Assembly (NCBI GenBank): GCA_965200595.1
Contig: CBDAUE010000002.1
Span: 412,359 to 476,358 of the forward strand
Length of the DNA stretch: 64,000 nt
Direction: 5' to 3'
Source of the DNA: Thermodesulfobacteriota bacterium
GTDB lineage: Bacteria; Desulfobacterota_D; UBA1144; Nemesobacterales; Nemesobacteraceae
Numbering within the stretch: the stretch's first letter is position 1; every line of letters begins with the position of its first letter. Of the stretch, positions 1 through 9,706 are shown piece after piece. A program made the position numbers and the translations under genes. Below the pieces are notes generated by a model. It searched no databases, had not been told where the DNA came from, and saw only the letters and a program-made list of their open reading frames with translations.

Positions 1-353
1 GTCGTATCGTATTTCGCACCGAAGTGAAGATACTCGGCTTCAATTCTCGCACCAAAATCTGTGCTGACTCCCAAAGCGGCGCCGGCGATTATTCCGGTTG
101 AACCGTCAAAGCTGTTATTCCACACCGATGTCTCGGAAGAACATATGCCAGAGGCGAAATGGTTGTTGTCCGCCGGATTGTTCAGGTGTTGATCGCAAAG
201 CGTGCCGAAGTCATTATCGCTTATATCAGTATCCAGAGAATTTCCGATACCGATTCCCAGTTCGGTGCTTATATACAGTTTCTGGGCGTTTGATGAAAAG
301 GGAATCAGCATCAAAACAAATAAAACAAACGCAAAGGTTGTAAAATTGCTCAT
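1..353 (-). CDS. outer-membrane beta-barrel-type protein, N-terminal part (gene continues beyond window start)
   Basis: Not in the ORF track because it is open at the window edge. Own translation from the ATG (cat at 351-353): MSNFTTFAFVLFVLMLIPFSSNAQKLYISTELGIGIGNS...GVSTDFGARIEAEYLHFGAKYDT, with no stop down to base 1. Sec-type signal peptide followed by Gly/aromatic-rich alternating strands. Confidence 0.55.
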   Translation of the reverse strand, partial: MSNFTTFAFVLFVLMLIPFSSNAQKLYISTELGIGIGNSLDTDISDNDFGTLCDQHLNNPADNNHFASGICSSETSVWNNSFDGSTGIIAGAALGVSTDFGARIEAEYLHFGAKYDT

Positions 354-379
354 CTCATATTTCCTAATTGTATTTACTG

Positions 380-477
380 AGAAGTGGACCCCAAAAATCA
401 GACAGCACCTTAAGTGTATTTCCTTGGTATTCTAAAAGAGTGTACAGGAGGTACATTGAAGAGTAAAAGACGTAATC
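380..477 (+). mobile_element. diverged, truncated left end (~98 bp) of the IS3-family element
   Basis: agaagtggaccccaaaaatcagacagcaccttaagtgtatttccttggtattctaaaagag matches the left ends at 9707, 13357 and 51061. It has one substitution and a 2-nt loss that destroys the transposase ATG (acattgaag vs acataatgaag). The match stops at 477, where the IS1634-like element begins. Confidence 0.85.
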
Positions 478-2408
478 CTGACTTCAGCATGTTTTTTTTA
501 AGTCGGGCCTTTGAAGTTTCGTAAGTACCTGTAATTACTTGATATTGATTTTCAGCCTGCTTCAAATCGTTTTGTAGTGCTCAGTCTAATTTTGTGCTCG
601 ACATCGCCTCCGCTTTCCCTTATAATATTCAACATGTTCGTAAAACAGCTAAAACGCCAGACCACAGTCAACATATCGGTGCAGATAGTGCATTCCTACA
701 GGAACTCAAAGGGTGAGCCACGCCAGAAGGTAGTGCGTCACATGGGCTCCGCTCCCCCGGGAGAACCTCTTGACGCTCTTGTGCGAGCTGCACATGTGGA
801 GAAGAACCGTCTTGAACAGAGCGTACAGCCCACACTGTTCCCCGCTGAAGACACTGCTGAGAAGCTGATAAAGCTTAGAAGAACAAAGCAGAAGGACAAA
901 CCCCTGCCCATAGTTGATGCCCGATTGCTTGAAGAGGAGGCTCGTTACAATCTTGGGTTTCATGAAGTGTTTGGAGAACTGTACAGTCAGCTTGGGTTTG
1001 ACAGGATATGGGGAGCGAGAAACAAGATGGCGGGCAGGCTGTTCCGTCAGGCAGTGCTTATGCGTCTTGCGGCACCTGGGAAGAGCAAAAGAGCCCATGC
1101 GAAGCTGTCTCGGGAATTTGGAATGGAAGTGTCTGTGGACAAGCTGTACAGGATGATGGACAAGGTTGACGAGAAGCGTACTGAGAAGCTTCAGAGCATT
1201 GTTAGCAAAGAAGTTATGGGACTTTTTGAAGGAAAGGTTGAAGTTGTGTTTTTCGATGTTACAACCCTTTCGTTTGCAAGCGACACGCAAGACGATCTTC
1301 GAAGGAAGGGGTGGAGCAAGGACGGGAAGCCTCACAGGGTTCAGGTGGTGCTGGGACTGTTTCAGACCAAAGACGGACTTCCCTTGGGTTATGAGCTGTT
1401 TCCGGGGAACACATCTGATGTAAGCACTCTTGAGCCTGCTATAGAGGGGTTAAAGAAGAGGATCAAGCTTGAAAGGGTGGTGTTTGTGGGGGATGCGGGG
1501 ATGATGAGCAAAAAGAATCTTGAGGTCTTAAAGCGCAATAAGTATGAGTGGGTTGTAGCGGCAAGGCTTCGGGGGATGTCCGAGGAGGACAGCGAGAAGG
1601 TATTCTCACACAGTGACTGGAAAGAGATAGGGGAAGGTAAAAGACTTGGGGATATGGAAGTGGGAGGACGGAGGCTTGTTCTGCGTCACTGCGAGAAGAG
1701 AGCGAGGAAAGACTCGCAGGACAGGGAAGAGGCTTTAAAGAAACTTGAGAGAAGGATAGCAGGGGGGATAAAGGGCAATGGACGCAGGGGCAGGTTCATC
1801 AAGGTGGAAGCGGGGGCCGTGTCTGTAGACACCGAAGCGGTGGAGAGGGATGAGAAGTTTGACGGTCCTCACGGGGTATGGACCAGTCTTCCTGCTGACA
1901 AATACGATGCCTCCAGGATATACGACTGTTACGGGGAGTTATGGAAGATAGAAGAAGGGTTTCGTGTCATGAAGCACACAATGGCTGTAAGGCCTGTGTT
2001 TCACTGGACTCAAAGGAGAGTGGAGGCTCACATGGCCATCTGTTTTACGGCATTCGTACTGCTTCGCATACTGAGGTTCAGGCACAACTGTTATCATGGG
2101 GGAAAGGAACCGATGAGTGAAGGGGCCATACTGTCAGAACTTGGCAGGGTTGAGGCGTCCCTGGTGGTGGACAGGGGAACCAATAAGAGGTATCTGATAC
2201 CTTCTCAGGGCACCACGGAGCAGAGATCTCTTTACTCCGCTGTGGGAGCGGTGCTCAGCAGGCAGACCATGCTTGCGGATTCCTGGTAAAAACAGACCGG
2301 GGACTCCCGGCTGACTAATAAACATCTTAAAAGCTCTTGTGTAGTGTACAAGCGGGAACCCGCTTGTGTAATATCAGGTACTTACGTTACAAAAGTGCGG
2401 AAGTCAGG
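477..2408 (+). mobile_element. IS1634/IS4-like insertion sequence (~1.93 kb)
   Basis: Imperfect terminal inverted repeats: cctgacttcagca... at 477 and ...tgcggaagtcagg ending at 2408, with shared cgtaagtacctg subterminal blocks. Single large DDE transposase ORF. Hairpin acaagcggg-aa-cccgcttgt after the stop. No target duplication visible. Confidence 0.75.
634..2289 (+). CDS. IS1634/IS4-family DDE transposase
   Basis: Track ORF 577-2289. The likely start is the ATG at 634 (MFVKQLKRQTTVNISVQIVHSYRNSKGEPRQ, a typical IS1634-type N-terminus). C-terminal YGELWKIEEGFRVMK matches the Y-x2-R/W-x3-E-x6-K signature of IS4-like enzymes. Confidence 0.8.
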   Translation: MFVKQLKRQTTVNISVQIVHSYRNSKGEPRQKVVRHMGSAPPGEPLDALVRAAHVEKNRLEQSVQPTLFPAEDTAEKLIKLRRTKQKDKPLPIVDARLLEEEARYNLGFHEVFGELYSQLGFDRIWGARNKMAGRLFRQAVLMRLAAPGKSKRAHAKLSREFGMEVSVDKLYRMMDKVDEKRTEKLQSIVSKEVMGLFEGKVEVVFFDVTTLSFASDTQDDLRRKGWSKDGKPHRVQVVLGLFQTKDGLPLGYELFPGNTSDVSTLEPAIEGLKKRIKLERVVFVGDAGMMSKKNLEVLKRNKYEWVVAARLRGMSEEDSEKVFSHSDWKEIGEGKRLGDMEVGGRRLVLRHCEKRARKDSQDREEALKKLERRIAGGIKGNGRRGRFIKVEAGAVSVDTEAVERDEKFDGPHGVWTSLPADKYDASRIYDCYGELWKIEEGFRVMKHTMAVRPVFHWTQRRVEAHMAICFTAFVLLRILRFRHNCYHGGKEPMSEGAILSELGRVEASLVVDRGTNKRYLIPSQGTTEQRSLYSAVGAVLSRQTMLADSW

Positions 2409-2572
2409 AAAAAACCCATGTGGAACTTACAGATCTTTCTCAGGAACCCAGATGCGAGCGATCCTGGAAAAGAGGAAAAACCGTAAGGAAAAGGTCAAAC
2501 GGAAGGTTCTTAAGTGAAAGGGATGCATCAGCACTTGGGCTTTAAGTCCCTTAACAGATTAAAAATATGAAA

Positions 2573-2914
2573 TCATCCCGGAGGCCAAGTGAGTTTCCTT
2601 CCTCCGAGAATATGTATGTGCAGGTGAAAAACGCTCTGTCCTGCATCCCCGTTCGTATTTACTACAAGCCTGTATCCATCCTCGCTAAGGCCGAGAGTTG
2701 AGGCTATTTCTGAAGCTTTAACCATAAGATGTCCCAGAACCGTCTGATCCTCACTCTGAACAGTCGCCATTGAAACTATTTCTTTTTTCGGTATGAGAAG
2801 TACATGAACAGGGGCTTGGGGATTTATATCCTTAAATGCCAGACAGAACTCATCTTCATATACTATATCGGCCGAAATCTCTCGATTTATTATCTGTGCA
2901 AAAATCGTGCTCAT
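2573..2914 (-). CDS. HIT-family (histidine triad) nucleotide hydrolase
   Basis: Histidine triad motif SVFHLHIHILGG. The likely start is the internal Met (MSTIFAQIINREI) at 2914 rather than the track start at 2950. Confidence 0.85.
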   Translation of the reverse strand: MSTIFAQIINREISADIVYEDEFCLAFKDINPQAPVHVLLIPKKEIVSMATVQSEDQTVLGHLMVKASEIASTLGLSEDGYRLVVNTNGDAGQSVFHLHIHILGGRKLTWPPG

Positions 2915-3073
2915 GAATGTGATTGTCCACCAACTTAGTTGTGATGTCAAAACAGCGGATGAAATTATAAAGAATTAAGGAGAAAGTATTCCACTGTAAC
3001 GAAAGCTTGTTTGCCGGAAGACCGGCAAAGGTTTGTAGAAATCCCGTGGGTTAAAGTTATCTTATTATAAAGC

Positions 3074-3829
3074 ATGGCTCCGCTCGAAAAACAACAGAAA
3101 ATCCGTCTTTTTATAAGCTGTCTTGTAGACAATTTTTTCCCCCAGGTAGGAGAAGCGATGCTGAGAGTTCTGTCAGGCATGGGACTGGAAATCGAATTTC
3201 CGCAAAACCAGACGTGCTGCGGACAGCCTGCTTTTAACTCCGGACACAGAAAAGAAGCCGAAAAAGTTGCCTCCCACTTTCTTGAGGTCTTTGGCAACAG
3301 CGATGAAGCAATCGTTTGTCCCTCGGGTTCATGCGTATCCATGGTAAAAAACTATTACCCGGAACTTTTCCGTAATGACCCAGAAAAACTGTCTGGCGTA
3401 GGGAAGATTTCATCCAACATTTATGAGTTTTCAGAATTTGTTTTCCAGAGAAAAGAAACTCTGAGCCTTGACTCGGCATACAATGGCAGGGTTACGTTTC
3501 ATGACTCCTGCCATGCGCTCAGAGAACTCGGTATAAGCTCTCAACCTCGCGAACTTATAAGGTCCTTAAAAGGAGTTGAACTTGTTGAAATGGAAATGGC
3601 CGATGCCTGCTGCGGTTTCGGAGGAACTTTTTCAATTAAATATCCGGAAGTATCAAAATCCATGCTTCAGGAAGAAAAAACAGACTCTATCCTGGATTCA
3701 GGGGCAGACGCCGTCGTTTCAACCGACATGGGATGCCTTATGAATATAAAGGGATTTGTATCCAGAAAGAAAATGCCCTTAAAAGTGCTTCATCTAGCCG
3801 AACTTATTGCATTTGAGAATCCTGAATGA
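3074..3829 (+). CDS. lutA: lactate utilization protein A (Fe-S oxidoreductase, CCG domains)
   Basis: Two CCG motifs (QTCCGQPAFNSG and DACCGFGGTFS). Overlaps the next gene by 4 nt. Apparently intact. Confidence 0.85.
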   Translation: MAPLEKQQKIRLFISCLVDNFFPQVGEAMLRVLSGMGLEIEFPQNQTCCGQPAFNSGHRKEAEKVASHFLEVFGNSDEAIVCPSGSCVSMVKNYYPELFRNDPEKLSGVGKISSNIYEFSEFVFQRKETLSLDSAYNGRVTFHDSCHALRELGISSQPRELIRSLKGVELVEMEMADACCGFGGTFSIKYPEVSKSMLQEEKTDSILDSGADAVVSTDMGCLMNIKGFVSRKKMPLKVLHLAELIAFENPE

Positions 3830-5117
3830 TTAGTGAACGCATAGATTTCAAAAAGAATTCCGTAGAGGCTCTTAAAAGCCCAAAGCTGAAAAAAGCTCTT
3901 GTAAATTTCACCGACAGATCAAGAAGCTCCAGAAAGAAAGCGGTAAGTGAGGTTTACGAGTGGGAAGAACTCAGGTCTGAAGCCAGGCGGATAAAAGAAC
4001 AGGTAATCAACAATCTGGGCAGTTATCTTCTGGAACTTGAAGAAAGCGTTGCCAGGGTAGGGGGCAAGGTGCACTGGGCAAAAGATGCCGAAGAAGCCTC
4101 CTCAATAGTGGTCAATATAGCCAGAGAAAACAACGTCCGAAACGTCGTGAAAAGCAAATCGATGGCCACAGAGGAAATAGAACTTAACAGACACCTAATA
4201 TCAAACGGCATAAAGACTGTGGAAACAGACCTCGGAGAGTACATAGTGCAGCTTTGCGATGATCACCCCTTTCATATAATCACCCCTGCAATCCATAAGA
4301 CCAAAGAAGACATATCTAAACTTTTCTCCGAAAAATTCGGGGTGCCCGAGTATGAAGAACCGCAGAAACTCACCAACATAGCAAGAAAAGAACTTAGAGA
4401 GAAATTTCTCTCAGCGGATATGGGAATTTCCGGAGTCAATTTCGCTGTGGCCGAAACGGGAACAATAGCAATAGTAGAAAACGAGGGTAACGCGAGACTG
4501 GCAACTACGTATCCAGATATACATGTGGCCATAATGGGAATAGAAAAAATCGTCCCCAAATTTGAACATCTCTCCATTTTTCTGAGCCTGCTTGCAAGAA
4601 GTGCTACAGGTCAGAAGTCTTCCACTTATGTCTCCCTCATAACTGGCCCAAAAAGAAAAGGGGAGAGTGATGGTCCCCAGCAGTTTCACCTCATTTTTCT
4701 TGATAATGGAAGAAGCGACATAGCAACGTCAGAAGAAACCAAAGAATCACTTTGCTGTATAAGATGCGGAGCCTGTATCAATGTATGTCCGGTTTACAGA
4801 CAAGTAGGAGGACACAGCTACGGATGGGTCTACTCAGGGCCGATAGGGGCTATAATAACCCCTCAATTAAACGATCTGCAAAAAAAACCGAAGATTTGCC
4901 GTTTGCATCTTCTCTTTGTGGAGCCTGCAGGGATGTATGTCCGGTAAAAATCGATTTTCCTCATATTCTTCTTTCTCTGAGGCAGAGGGTAGTGGAAAAA
5001 ACTAGGAGAAAGCCAAACCCAGAACAATTTATGGAGAAAATCACTTTTCGTATCTGGAGTTTGATTTTCAGCAAGCAATTCTACTATAATTTTGTGGGAA
5101 AAACAATGATTCTTTTT
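3826..5117 (+). pseudogene. lutB: lutB (LUD domain + 2x4Fe-4S), 5' portion; frameshifted and then cut by IS1595
   Basis: CIRCGACINVCPVY lies in frame 1, and the expected second cluster LPFASSLCGACRDVCPVKI lies in the frame of ORF 4752-5138. The frames join if the A8 run at 4880-4887 was originally A9 (LQKKTEDLPF). Coding is interrupted at 5118 by the IS inverted repeat. Confidence 0.8.
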
Positions 5118-5267
5118 GGGAATTATAGCGATAATTAGACAAACTTAGCAGGAAGTCATTTGCTAAGCTAAGGGACTGCTATTTCTTCACCTTGATTTTT
5201 CTTGAGGCTTGAAGGTCTCTGTCCGCATTGCGGAAGATTGCCTTTGCCAGTTCCTCCGGCGTTGTGT

Positions 5268-6207
5268 CTATGCGGGGTATCTTCCGGATCTCGGGTCTGC
5301 CTCAGTGTCCATCTCTCTTGCATTATGCCTGCCCGCAAACTCCGTAACATAGCGGTCCAGATGTTTCTCGCTCATGTGATGGTAAGTTCCGTAGTACCCT
5401 CTGTTCAAAGCAGCCCAGAAGGATTCCACGCCGTTTACATGGGCTTTTTCTCTTACATACTCTCCCACACTGTGATTAACCGCTTCATGTCTGTAGTTCT
5501 TCTTCCCAAGACCCATATACCCCCTGTTCTGATCGGTGTATACCGTAGAACCTTCTTTCACAGCCTCCTCTACCATGCGTTGAAGTGTGATGCTCGATAC
5601 CGGCCTAGTCACTTTTGCCCTGATCTTGCTGCCCCCACGCTCCTTAATGGCAACTACAGGTATCTTGTCTTGAGTCCCCGCCCCCATCATCCTGGGTTTT
5701 TTCGACCTGTGCATATTGCCATACTTCCCGCCCATATAGGTTTCGTCCACCTCCACCGCTCCGCCCAGCTTCTCATCCCTTATCCATCCCTGCCTTATCT
5801 TCTCCCTGCCTTATCTTCTGAGCTAAAGTCCATGCCGTTGACTGAGCTATCCCCAAATCCCTGTGAAGCTTCATGCTGGACACGCCTTTAAGATTTGTTG
5901 TCATCAAGTACAAAGCCACCACCCACTTGCGCAATGGCGTCTTGCTGCTTCTCATTACAGTTCCAGTCCTCACACTGAAATACTTTCGGCAATCCTTGCA
6001 GTGATAAGGCATTTTATGCTTCGCCCCGGCAGTACGAGTCCCTGCGCAGTGCGGACAATGCCTCTGCCCGTTCGGCCAGCGCTGATCCTCAAACCACTTT
6101 GTCGCAGATCCCTCATCGGGAAACATCTCAAGCAGTTCCATAACCCCTATTCCTTTTCTGTGAAACCTTCCAGGGGCCTTGTACTTCCTCTCAGACATTC
6201 CTAACAC
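5268..6207 (-). pseudogene. IS1595-family transposase, split by a 16-bp tandem duplication
   Basis: The N-terminal ORF 5773-6207 carries a Zn-ribbon (CPHCAG...CKDCRKYF). The C-terminal ORF 5268-5756 carries VEVDETYMGGK and a DDE region. Deleting one 16-bp repeat unit gives a continuous 307-codon ORF (...AQKIRQGWIRDEKLGGAVEVDETYMGG...). Confidence 0.85.
5787..5818. repeat. perfect 16-bp tandem duplication (tccctgccttatcttc x2)
   Basis: 5787-5802 and 5803-5818 are identical. The duplication lies exactly at the break between the two transposase ORFs. Confidence 0.95.
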
Positions 6208-6316
6208 TCCTTAATTACTCTATTTACCTGTCTAATATATTAACTAAAATAGAGAAAATACCAAGGTTCTAGAAAAAGCTTTTAGGGCTTTGTCTAATTA
6301 TCGCTATAATTCCCTC

Positions 6317-6463
6317 TTTTTACAATATTTCTATGAAAAAGACGATGAATTACAGAAACTTCCATATCCTTTCTCGAAATGGACTAAAGAAAAAAACTTT
6401 CCTGCTTTTTCAAAAAAACCTTTCAGAGAAAGATGGAAAGAAAAATACTCTCAGAAAATATAA
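6317..6463 (+). pseudogene. lutB: lutB 3' fragment downstream of the IS
   Basis: Own translation: FLQYFYEKDDELQKLPYPFSKWTKEKNFPAFSKKPFRERWKEKYSQKI, stop TAA at 6461-6463. This resembles the conserved LutB C-terminus (...LP.P...WT..R.FP.....FR..W). Confidence 0.6.
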
Positions 6464-6475
6464 AAGATTATTAAT

Positions 6476-7040
6476 ATGATTTTTAAGAAATCTAAGGCAA
6501 TTATACTAGAAAACTTATGTTCTACAAGAACTATAGATGAAAATCTAAACAAGAGTACAGAAAGAACCTTTCTAGACTCTCAATTATCTATTGATCAGAA
6601 GAAAAAGAAAGTTTGATTGAGAAAATAAACGAATTTATCCGGGAATCTGATGCCCAATCGATTTCCTTCTGGAATACAAAACCATTGAAATCACTTGAAC
6701 TTACCAACGAAACAGATCTTTCAAGGGCAGATATAGGGATAACCGGAGCTGACTTCGCCATTGCTGACACACAAGAACTTTGGTCTTACTGTCCGGCATC
6801 AAGCAACCGAGACTTACTTCGCTTCTGCCTCCCGTGCATATTGCGATACTCAAGAAGGAAAGTATAGTTTCGAATATTCACGCTCTCTTTGCAAAACTAG
6901 CAGAGTCTTATGAAAATAATTATGATAAATTATGTACATGTATTTCTTTTATAACTGGACCGAGCAGAACTGCCGACATAGAACTTAACCTTACTTTGGG
7001 AGTTCATGGTCCAGAAAGAGTAATAGTTATAATTTGCTAA
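6476..7040 (+). pseudogene. lutC: lutC (LUD domain) with two frameshifts
   Basis: Three consecutive frames. The first runs from the ATG at 6476 (MIFKKSKAIILENL...QKKKKV stop). The second is ORF 6613-6867 (...ADIGITGADFAIADT). The third is ORF 6780-7040 (LVLLSGIKQPRLTSLLPPVHIAILK...FITGPSRTADIELNLTLGVHGPERV). Breaks lie near 6594-6616 and at 6772-6776. Confidence 0.75.
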
Positions 7041-7264
7041 AAATTTTTTAGTTTTTGTTTTCTAATTTCTTTTAATTGCTTAATAAATAGATTCTAACTG
7101 ATTCTTTCTTTTTAGTTTCCGCCCAAAAATTTAACGTCCGATAATACATATTATGTTAACTCATATAGATTCAAGAACAAATCCAGAAGAAATCAGACGA
7201 TAAAAGCCCTATTTAGCGGGTGTTGATGATTTTCTGAAAACTATGGAGTATTTTATTATAAGCC

Positions 7265-7627
7265 ATGCCTATCTACGAATATCAATGTCAGAAATGTGAA
7301 GGTGTGTTCGAGATACTCCAGGGCTTTGATGAAAAGCCTGCCAAAAAATGCGAGGAATGCGGAGGAAAGCTCAAAAGACTGATCTCTCTTTCGGCTTTTC
7401 ATTTGAAAGGCTCTGGCTGGTATGAAACGGATTACGGGAAGAAAAAAATATCCGAACCCAAGCAACTAAAAGATCACGATATCGGAGAAGAAGCCCCGGA
7501 CTCTGCCGCTTCTTCTCAAAGCCCTGCTCTTCCAACCGAACAGGCCGCTGTTTCAGGTTCCAGCCAAGTGTATGACTCAATAAAGTCCGATACGAAAAAA
7601 GCAAAATCAGAAAAAAAGAAAGGATAG
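7265..7627 (+). CDS. FmdB-family zinc-ribbon protein
   Basis: MPIYEYQCQKCEGVFE...CEECGG: two CxxC pairs with the typical N-terminus, then a low-complexity tail. Confidence 0.8.
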   Translation: MPIYEYQCQKCEGVFEILQGFDEKPAKKCEECGGKLKRLISLSAFHLKGSGWYETDYGKKKISEPKQLKDHDIGEEAPDSAASSQSPALPTEQAAVSGSSQVYDSIKSDTKKAKSEKKKG

Positions 7628-7633
7628 TTTGTT

Positions 7634-8425
7634 ATGGACCTCGGCATAAAAGGGAAAATTGCCCTTGTAGCAGCATCAAGCAAGGGAATAGGAAGAGCAA
7701 TAGCTTTTGCCCTTGCTGATGAAGGTGTAAATCTTTCCATATTTTCACGCTCAGAAGACCAGATAGAGAGTACGGCTTCCGAAATACGAAACCGTTTTCC
7801 AGTGGATGTTTTTCCCTCTGCGGCCGATGTAACAAGCAAAGAACAAATCGACCGTGTAATAGAAGATACGGCAAAGAAGCTTGGAGGGATTGATATTCTG
7901 ATAAATAATGCCGGAGGCCCCCCTTTTGGCTTTTTCGAAGATTTTGAATCACCCGACTGGCAAAGCGCCTTGGAACTCAATCTCCTAAGCGGTATTTACC
8001 TGGCAAAGAAAGTGACTCCTTTTATGAAAAAGCAAAACTGGGGGAGAATAGTAAACATAACATCAATAGCGGTTAAACAGCCGATAGATGGATTGATATT
8101 ATCAAACACTTCCCGTGCCGGACTCATAGGTTTTTCGAAAACTCTTTCAAACGAACTTGCGCAAAACAATATTCTGGTAAACAACATCTGCCCTGGGAGA
8201 ATCTACACAGACAGAATAAAGACGCTTGCAGAAAAAAGAGCTGCGCAGTCAGGAATTGAATATGAAAAAGCTATAGAAGAGATGGAAAAAGACATTCCCA
8301 TGAAAAGAATAGGATCTCCTGAAGAACTGGCCGCCCTAGCCTGTTTTCTGGCTTCTGAAAAAGCAAGTTATATGACTGGAGTTACCATCCAGGTTGATGG
8401 AGGATTTTTGAGAGGACTGCTTTAA
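7634..8425 (+). CDS. SDR-family oxidoreductase
   Basis: Rossmann motif VAASSKGIGRAIA, NNAGG, 263 aa. Confidence 0.8.
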   Translation: MDLGIKGKIALVAASSKGIGRAIAFALADEGVNLSIFSRSEDQIESTASEIRNRFPVDVFPSAADVTSKEQIDRVIEDTAKKLGGIDILINNAGGPPFGFFEDFESPDWQSALELNLLSGIYLAKKVTPFMKKQNWGRIVNITSIAVKQPIDGLILSNTSRAGLIGFSKTLSNELAQNNILVNNICPGRIYTDRIKTLAEKRAAQSGIEYEKAIEEMEKDIPMKRIGSPEELAALACFLASEKASYMTGVTIQVDGGFLRGLL

Positions 8426-8494
8426 TTTTTAGGTCTATATAGTTTTTTAAGGTATAATAGTGGTTTTATTGCAGAAAGCTTCTTGGTCCTGATC

Positions 8495-9364
8495 ATGCGA
8501 GAAAACTCTGAACAAGCAATACTGTTAACACATTCTCCCGACCGTCCGGGTCTTCTCCGTGAGATAATCGATTTCATATTCAGGTATGGAGGCAACATAC
8601 ATGAGATGCAACACTGCGTGGACACAGACGACAGGGTCACTTTTGTCCGTGTAAAGTGGGGAATAGAAAAATTTTCCCTTTCCAAAAAGGAAGTCTCCTC
8701 ACGTTTTCAGGAAGAAGTAGCTTCTGAATTCGGCGTAAATTTTGATATATTCTTCACCGAAAAGCCGTTACGCATGGCGGTTTTTGTTTCAAAACTCCCG
8801 CATTGTCTCTCGGATATTATATACAGGGTAAGAGTAAGGGAGTGGAATGTGGAAGTTCCCCTCATTATAAGCAATCATCCTAACCTCAAGCCTGTTGCTG
8901 ACCGCTACGGGATGGATTTTCACGTGTTCACAGACGTAGCAAACAACAAAGAGGAGGTGGAAGCCAGACAGCTTGAGCTTCTTGCGGACTATAATGTGGA
9001 TTTCATAGTGCTTGCTAGATATATGCAGATATTTACCGAGGACTTTATCTCACACTATAAACACAGGATGATCAACATTCATCACTCCTTCCTTCCCGCT
9101 TTCCCCGGCGCGCGGCCCTATCACAACGCCTACAAAAGAGGTGTCAAAATCGTCGGAGCAACTAGCCATTACGTAACAGAAGATCTGGATGCCGGCCCTA
9201 TAATAGAGCAGGATGTGATACGGGTAAACTACGACGATTCCGTAAACGATCTACTAAGAAAGGGACAGGACTTAGAAAAATTCGTTCTTTCAAAAGCAAT
9301 CTGGTCTCACATCAACAGAGAAATTCTGATATACAAAAACAGAACAATAATGTTCAACAAATAA
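8495..9364 (+). CDS. purU: formyltetrahydrofolate deformylase
   Basis: N-terminal ACT-like region plus formyltransferase core (INIHHSFLPAFPGARPYHNAYKRGVKIVGATSHYVTEDLDAGPIIEQD). ATG at 8495 inside track ORF 8483-9364. Confidence 0.9.
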   Translation: MRENSEQAILLTHSPDRPGLLREIIDFIFRYGGNIHEMQHCVDTDDRVTFVRVKWGIEKFSLSKKEVSSRFQEEVASEFGVNFDIFFTEKPLRMAVFVSKLPHCLSDIIYRVRVREWNVEVPLIISNHPNLKPVADRYGMDFHVFTDVANNKEEVEARQLELLADYNVDFIVLARYMQIFTEDFISHYKHRMINIHHSFLPAFPGARPYHNAYKRGVKIVGATSHYVTEDLDAGPIIEQDVIRVNYDDSVNDLLRKGQDLEKFVLSKAIWSHINREILIYKNRTIMFNK

Positions 9365-9386
9365 CTTGTGAACATTATTGGAATCT

Positions 9387-9485
9387 AGAAGTGGTCCTCT
9401 TTTTTAGACAGCTTTTTTCTTTTCTTAAGTGTATTCCAACCAACGCATGAAAATCTTTAGACTCCCAAAAGTATAAAACTATCGT
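9387..9485 (-). mobile_element. diverged solo right-end fragment of the IS3-family element, inverted orientation
   Basis: agaagtggtcctcttttttagacagcttttttcttttcttaagtgtattccaaccaacgcatg... aligns at about 88% identity over about 88 nt to the reverse complement of the IS right end (agaggtggtccccttttttagacagcatttttgttttcttaagtgtattcccaccaacgcata...). Confidence 0.8.
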
Positions 9486-9706
9486 TTCTCTAGAATCGTT
9501 CCCTTTAAATTCACACCCCATAAGCTTGCATAGCTTAAGTTCGCTTCTGATGAATTCACACCCTTTAGGTTCGCCTCTGGCAGGTCTGCACCCTTTATAG
9601 GTCTGTACCTGATAAGTTCGCATCTATTAAGCATGCATCCGTTGAGTCTACATTTATTAAATACACATTTGTTAATTTTGCCTCTTTTAATCTCGCAAAT
9701 GATAAA
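9479..9706 (-). pseudogene. pentapeptide-repeat protein remnant (5'-truncated by IS3 copy 1, frameshifted)
   Basis: A(D/N)LxX-type repeats in two frames: SFARLKEAKLTNVYLINVDSTDACLIDANLSGTDL and GADLPEANLKGVNSSEANLSYASLWGVNLKG. Confidence 0.6.

Larger units (their letters stand above)
5118..6314 (-). mobile_element. IS1595-family insertion sequence inside lutB
   Basis: Perfect 26-bp terminal inverted repeats: gggaattatagcgataattagacaaa at 5118-5143 and its reverse complement at 6289-6314. Flanked by the direct repeat TCTTTTT (5111-5117 and 6315-6321). Confidence 0.9.
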
